Below, in pieces: positions 59,662 through 64,000 of a stretch of 64,000 bases of DNA (positions within the stretch are counted from its first letter, which is position 1; each line of letters begins with the position of its first letter). Position numbers and translations under genes: made by a program. Where the stretch lies: contig PBLG01000002.1 of the NCBI GenBank assembly GCA_002722315.1, positions 89,949 to 153,948 on the forward strand, read 5' to 3'. The notes below the pieces were generated by a model, which saw nothing but the letters and a program-made list of their open reading frames with translations, was not told the origin of the DNA and did not search any database. This DNA is from Lysobacterales bacterium (GTDB lineage: Bacteria; Pseudomonadota; Gammaproteobacteria; Xanthomonadales; Wenzhouxiangellaceae).

Positions 59662-61209
59662 TCAGTCCGACGGGTCAGTAGTGGCTTCGGCGCTTGCCGA
59701 GCGCGCGCCTAGCGTTGAAAGAAACAGCCGGGTGACCGGACCGGCCATGCCGTCCTGGCGCAGCCCGTTGCGCAGCTGGAAATCGCGTATCCAGCGCTGG
59801 AAATCGGGGCCGTAGCGCGTGTCCATGGCGCCGGACCACGGCCGATCCGGGTCCTGCGCCGCGAGACGCTTGAGCTCGCTGATGGCCGCATCGTCGTCGC
59901 CGGTCTGCCATACGCTCCCCAGGTCCGGCCAGACGGCGTAGAAATCGCCCAGCCAGCGCGCGTCCAGCTGCGCGATAGGCACCTGGAAATCCTGCCCGGA
60001 CTGGCGTGCCAGCACGCTGTCAAGCCCGACCTCGACGGCAAGCACATGACCGCCCCTGGGCTCATCCAGTCTCAGCACCACGGGCCGTCCCAGCTTGCGC
60101 AGCAGCGCCCAGCTGCCGCGCAGGCGATGGCAGGCGAACCCCTCGAACTGGCCTTCGGTGCAGGCCTCGGCAATCATCTCCGGATCGGCCGCCGGGTAAA
60201 GCGCCGCCGCCTCTCGCCAGGCCAGCCGATCGCTGGATTCGGCGAGCATCTGGCGCCATAGCGGCTGCCCCACCTCTTCGGCCTGCTCCGGCAACGAATT
60301 CAGCGACCAGATCATGCCGCCGGCGACCGCCAGGACGACCACGATGGCCAGCACCGACAGCACCGCACCGAAACCCCGGCCGCTGCCGGCTTCGTCTCCG
60401 ACCACGACCTCGCCGGCCGCCTTGCGAATCATCGCCGGGGTGATCCGGTCGGCCTCGCGCGCGTAGCCGGCCATCAGTGCGCGGTCGGCGATGATGTTGA
60501 TCAGCCTGGGCACCCCGCCCGAGACGTGATGCAGCGTGCGCAGCGCCGAAGATGAAAACGGGCAGCGTGCGCCGCCGGCAATCTGGATTCGGTGCCGCAC
60601 GTACTCGGCCGTTTCCTGCTGACCCAGCGGAGCCAGGTGATAGCGCGCCGTGATTCGCTGGGCGAGCTGGCGCAGAGAAGGCCGGCTCAGCAGTTCGCGC
60701 AGCTCCGGCTGGCCCAGCAGGATGATCTGCAGCAGCTTGTCGGTGGCGGTCTCCAGGTTGGTCAGCAGGCGGACCTGCTCCAGCGTCTCGCGCGACATGT
60801 TCTGGGCTTCGTCGATGATCAGCACCGCGCGCTCGCCGGCCGCATGGATTTCCAGCAGGCGCTGGTTCAGGCACTGGCCCAGGGCTTCGAGGCCGGTCTC
60901 GCCGTCGGGCGGCTCGACCTCGAGCTCGCGGCAGATCGCGCGCAGCAGCTCGCGCGGTTCGAGCATCGGGTTGAGAATCAGCGCGATGCGCGTATGCTCC
61001 GGCACCTGCTCGAGCATCAGTCGACACAACGTGGTCTTGCCGGTGCCGACCTCGCCGGTCAGCTGAACGAACCCGCCGCTTCCGCCGCGCCCGACGCCGT
61101 ACAACAGGTGCGCCAGCGCATCCTGGTGCCGCTGGCTCAGGAAAACGAAGCGCGGGTCCGGCGTAATCGAAAAAGGCCGCTCTTCCAGTCCGTAGAATTG
61201 CTCGTACAT
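59662..61209 (-). CDS. gspA: General secretion pathway protein A (ExeA/GspA ATPase with PG-binding domain)
   Basis: PFSITPDP, GEVGTGKTT, IDEAQN, GQPEL, GGVPRLIN; C-terminal FQLRNGLRQDGMAGP. Confidence 0.93.
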   Translation of the reverse strand: MYEQFYGLEERPFSITPDPRFVFLSQRHQDALAHLLYGVGRGGSGGFVQLTGEVGTGKTTLCRLMLEQVPEHTRIALILNPMLEPRELLRAICRELEVEPPDGETGLEALGQCLNQRLLEIHAAGERAVLIIDEAQNMSRETLEQVRLLTNLETATDKLLQIILLGQPELRELLSRPSLRQLAQRITARYHLAPLGQQETAEYVRHRIQIAGGARCPFSSSALRTLHHVSGGVPRLINIIADRALMAGYAREADRITPAMIRKAAGEVVVGDEAGSGRGFGAVLSVLAIVVVLAVAGGMIWSLNSLPEQAEEVGQPLWRQMLAESSDRLAWREAAALYPAADPEMIAEACTEGQFEGFACHRLRGSWALLRKLGRPVVLRLDEPRGGHVLAVEVGLDSVLARQSGQDFQVPIAQLDARWLGDFYAVWPDLGSVWQTGDDDAAISELKRLAAQDPDRPWSGAMDTRYGPDFQRWIRDFQLRNGLRQDGMAGPVTRLFLSTLGARSASAEATTDPSD

Positions 61210-61321
61210 ACTGCCTCGGTTTGGGCGGGACCCGTCATGCACAGGCACCGCCGGCGAATCGATTGCCGCGACGAGGCGGCCCGTGAATATTACTCGTATC
61301 CGAGCCGCGATTCGAACGCAT

Positions 61322-64000
61322 TCAGTCCGACAGCACCATCAGTGAAGCGTTGCCGCCCACCGCCGCGGTATTGATCGTGCGGGTGCGCTCCACTGCGAAA
61401 CGCTGCAGGTAGTTGGGACCTCCTGCCTTGGGGCCGGTTCCGGAAAGGCCTTCGCCGCCGAACGGCTGCACGCCGACCACGGCGCCTGTCATGTTGCGGT
61501 TGACGTAGGCGTTGCCGGCATGAACGTTGCGAATCACGTGCTGCTGAACCTTGTCGATGCGGCTGTGGCAACCCACAGTCAGTCCGTAGCCCGTGCCGTT
61601 GATTTCGTCGATCACCCGGTCGAGATCGCGGGCCCTGTAGCGAACCACGTGCAGTATCGGACCGAACACCTCGCCGTCGAGCTGGTCGATGGATTCGAGC
61701 TCGAACGCGCGCGGGGCGAACCAGAAACCGTCGCCGGCGTCGATCGGGTCCGGCACCCGTGCGATCGGCCGCGCCTCGCGCTCCATGCGCTCGCCATGAC
61801 GCTGAAGCATCTCGAACTGGGCCTGGTCGATGACCGGTCCGATGTCTGTGGACAGGCGGCCCGGCCACCCGACCCTCAGTTCCTGCATGGCCCCGGCCAG
61901 CATCTCCAGCACGTGGTCGGCGACGTCGCGCTGTATATAAAGAACGCGAAGCGCGGAGCAGCGCTGGCCGGCCGACAGGAACGACGAGTTGATCACGTCG
62001 CGCACCACCTGTTCGGCCAGCGCCGAGGAATCGACCACCATCGCGTTCTGGCCGCCGGTCTCGGCGATCAGGGTGGCGATCGGGCCGTCGCGCTCGGCGA
62101 GCTTGCGGTTGATCGTCCGCGCGGTTTCTGTCGAGCCGGTAAAGGCCACCCCTGCGATTCGCGGATCGGCCGTCAGCGCGGCGCCCACGCGACCGTCGCC
62201 GGGCAGCATCTGCAGCACGCCCCTGGGAATGCCGGCCTGGTAGAACAGTTCGATCGTGCGCGCGGCCACAAGCGGCGTCTGCTCGGCCGGCTTGGCGATC
62301 GCCGCGTTGCCCGAAGCCAGCGCGGCGGCGACCTGGCCGGTGAAGATCGCCACCGGAAAATTCCACGGGCTGATGCACACGAACACGCCCTTGCCGTGCA
62401 GCGAGATCTCGTTGTGCTCGCCGGTCGGGCCCGCCAGCACTTCGGCCTGGCCGAAGTGACGGCGCGCCATCTGGGCGTAATAGCGACAGAAATCGGCGGC
62501 TTCGCGCACTTCGTTGATGCCGTCGATCAGCGTCTTGCCGGCCTCGCGCACGCACAGCGCCATCAGTTCGGCGCGATTGTCCTCGAGCAGGTCGGCCATG
62601 CGCTCCAGGCACTCGGCGCGCTCGCCGGCCGGCGTCGCGTCCCAGCCGGGCTGGGCGCGTCGGGCATTTTCGACCGCGGTTGCGGCCGCCGCAGGATCGG
62701 CAACCGTCACCGATCCGACCACGTCGTCGCGATCGGCCGGCGAACGCGCCTCCACCGTCTCGCCCGTCGCCAGGCCGTCGGCACCGGCGGGGGCCGCCTT
62801 CCAGCGACAGTCGCGATAAGCCGACATGCGCGCGGCCAGTTCCTTTTGCTGCGACTCGGCGGCGAAATTGATGCCGCGCGAATTTCGCCGCTGGCCGGCG
62901 AAGATGTCGGCCGGCAGCGGAATCTTCGGGTGGGCGTACTGCTCGAAGCGCTGGACGACTTCCACCGGGTCCGAAACCACCTCCCTTGCAGGAAGCTTTT
63001 CGTCGACGATCCGGTTGACGAAGGAGCTGTTTGCGCCGTTTTCCAGCAGCCGGCGGACCAGGTAGGGCAGCAGGTCCCGGTGATCGCCGACCGGCGCATA
63101 GACCCGGCAGTGGCCGTTGAAGTCACCGCTGTCGAGAACCTCCTCGTAAAGATCGCGCCCCATCCCGTGCAGGCGCTGGTACTCGAAATCCTCCCTGTCG
63201 CCGGCCAGCTGGTTGATGGCGCAGATGGTGTGGGCATTGTGGGTGGCGAACTGCGGGTAGAACTCGTCCCTGAGGCCGAGCACGCGCGCGGCGCACGCCA
63301 GGTAGGACACATCGGTATTCGGCTTGCGCGTGAACACCGGATAGTCTTCGTGACCCTCGAGCTGGGCCAGCTTGATCTCGGTATCCCAGTAAGCGCCCTT
63401 GACCAGCCGTACCGGGATCCGGTGGCCGGTGTTGCGGGCCAGTTCGGCCAACCAGTCGATCGCCGCCCAGCCGCGCCTGAGATAGACCTGCAGCGCCAGG
63501 CCGAAGCCGTCCCAGCCTTCGAGCTGCTCGTCGCCCAGCACTTTCGCGAAGACGTCGAGCTGCAGCATCAGGCGCGCAGCCTCCTCGGCGTCGACGGTCA
63601 GCGCGATGCCAGCGTTGCGGGCGCGCACGGCAAGATCGCGCAGCACCGGGACCAGTTCCGTCATCACGCGTTCGCGCTGGGCGGTCTCGTAGCGCGGGTG
63701 CAGCGCCGAGAGCTTCACCGAAATGCTGGGCGCGTCGAAGATGTCGCTGCCGTCGGCGGCCTGGCCGATCGCGTCGATGGCAGCGGCGTAGGCATCGCGA
63801 TAGCGTCGCGCGTCGGTCGCCGTCAGCGCCGCCTCGCCCAGCATGTCGAACGAATAGCGATAGCGCTTGTTGGCCTTGTTGCGCGAGCGCTCCATGGCCG
63901 ACTTGATGTCGCGGCCCATGACGTACTGGTGACCCATGATGCGCATGGCCTGCCGGATCGCCAGCCGCACCACCGGTTCGCCGGACTTGTTGGCCAGCCT
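61322..64000 (-). CDS. putA: Bifunctional proline dehydrogenase/P5C dehydrogenase PutA (5' end outside the window)
   Basis: SFDMLGE, VRLVKGAYWD, FATHNA, YLVRRLLENGAN, ISPWNFP, AETGG, SAGQRCSALR, GTGPKAGG. Confidence 0.97.
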   Translation of the reverse strand, partial: RLANKSGEPVVRLAIRQAMRIMGHQYVMGRDIKSAMERSRNKANKRYRYSFDMLGEAALTATDARRYRDAYAAAIDAIGQAADGSDIFDAPSISVKLSALHPRYETAQRERVMTELVPVLRDLAVRARNAGIALTVDAEEAARLMLQLDVFAKVLGDEQLEGWDGFGLALQVYLRRGWAAIDWLAELARNTGHRIPVRLVKGAYWDTEIKLAQLEGHEDYPVFTRKPNTDVSYLACAARVLGLRDEFYPQFATHNAHTICAINQLAGDREDFEYQRLHGMGRDLYEEVLDSGDFNGHCRVYAPVGDHRDLLPYLVRRLLENGANSSFVNRIVDEKLPAREVVSDPVEVVQRFEQYAHPKIPLPADIFAGQRRNSRGINFAAESQQKELAARMSAYRDCRWKAAPAGADGLATGETVEARSPADRDDVVGSVTVADPAAAATAVENARRAQPGWDATPAGERAECLERMADLLEDNRAELMALCVREAGKTLIDGINEVREAADFCRYYAQMARRHFGQAEVLAGPTGEHNEISLHGKGVFVCISPWNFPVAIFTGQVAAALASGNAAIAKPAEQTPLVAARTIELFYQAGIPRGVLQMLPGDGRVGAALTADPRIAGVAFTGSTETARTINRKLAERDGPIATLIAETGGQNAMVVDSSALAEQVVRDVINSSFLSAGQRCSALRVLYIQRDVADHVLEMLAGAMQELRVGWPGRLSTDIGPVIDQAQFEMLQRHGERMEREARPIARVPDPIDAGDGFWFAPRAFELESIDQLDGEVFGPILHVVRYRARDLDRVIDEINGTGYGLTVGCHSRIDKVQQHVIRNVHAGNAYVNRNMTGAVVGVQPFGGEGLSGTGPKAGGPNYLQRFAVERTRTINTAAVGGNASLMVLSD

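Overview
GC-rich gammaproteobacterial chromosome segment made mostly of core genes, largely on the minus strand. The gene content resembles Xanthomonadales/Chromatiales/Wenzhouxiangella; this is an inference I cannot verify here. Main blocks: bactofilin plus a methyltransferase-like gene; ibpA with a sigma32 promoter and ROSE-like thermometer; ndk-rlmN-pilW-rodZ-hisS-yfgM-bamB-der (no ispG); a GCS2-CBS ligase; fadD; dinB; msrA; sbcB; dnaX-ybaB-recR; an Ada-like gene; a TIGR04283/TIGR04282-like pair; a large surface protein; a sterol desaturase; acyl-CoA dehydrogenase-gdhB-nadK; two tRNA-Leu genes; gcdH; two c-type cytochromes; nfuA; a long rhodanese-secB-gpsA-hisC-aroA-cmk-rpsA-ihfB-lapA-lapB-wbpL-wbpM run; gpmI-envC; abgT; DUF1820; rhomboid; exeAB; and a partial putA. 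No transposase, integrase, prophage or CRISPR array was seen. The most interesting signals are: (1) an apparent inverse autotransporter with an OmpA_C domain inserted between barrel and linker; (2) an unannotated ~75-nt two-hairpin RNA with identical C6 loops in front of tRNA-Leu; (3) a DARS-like DnaA-box/IHF element at 19.7-19.9 kb; (4) a cluster of long palindromic repeats at 29.2-29.7 kb. All family assignments come from motif recognition by eye; no database searches were run.
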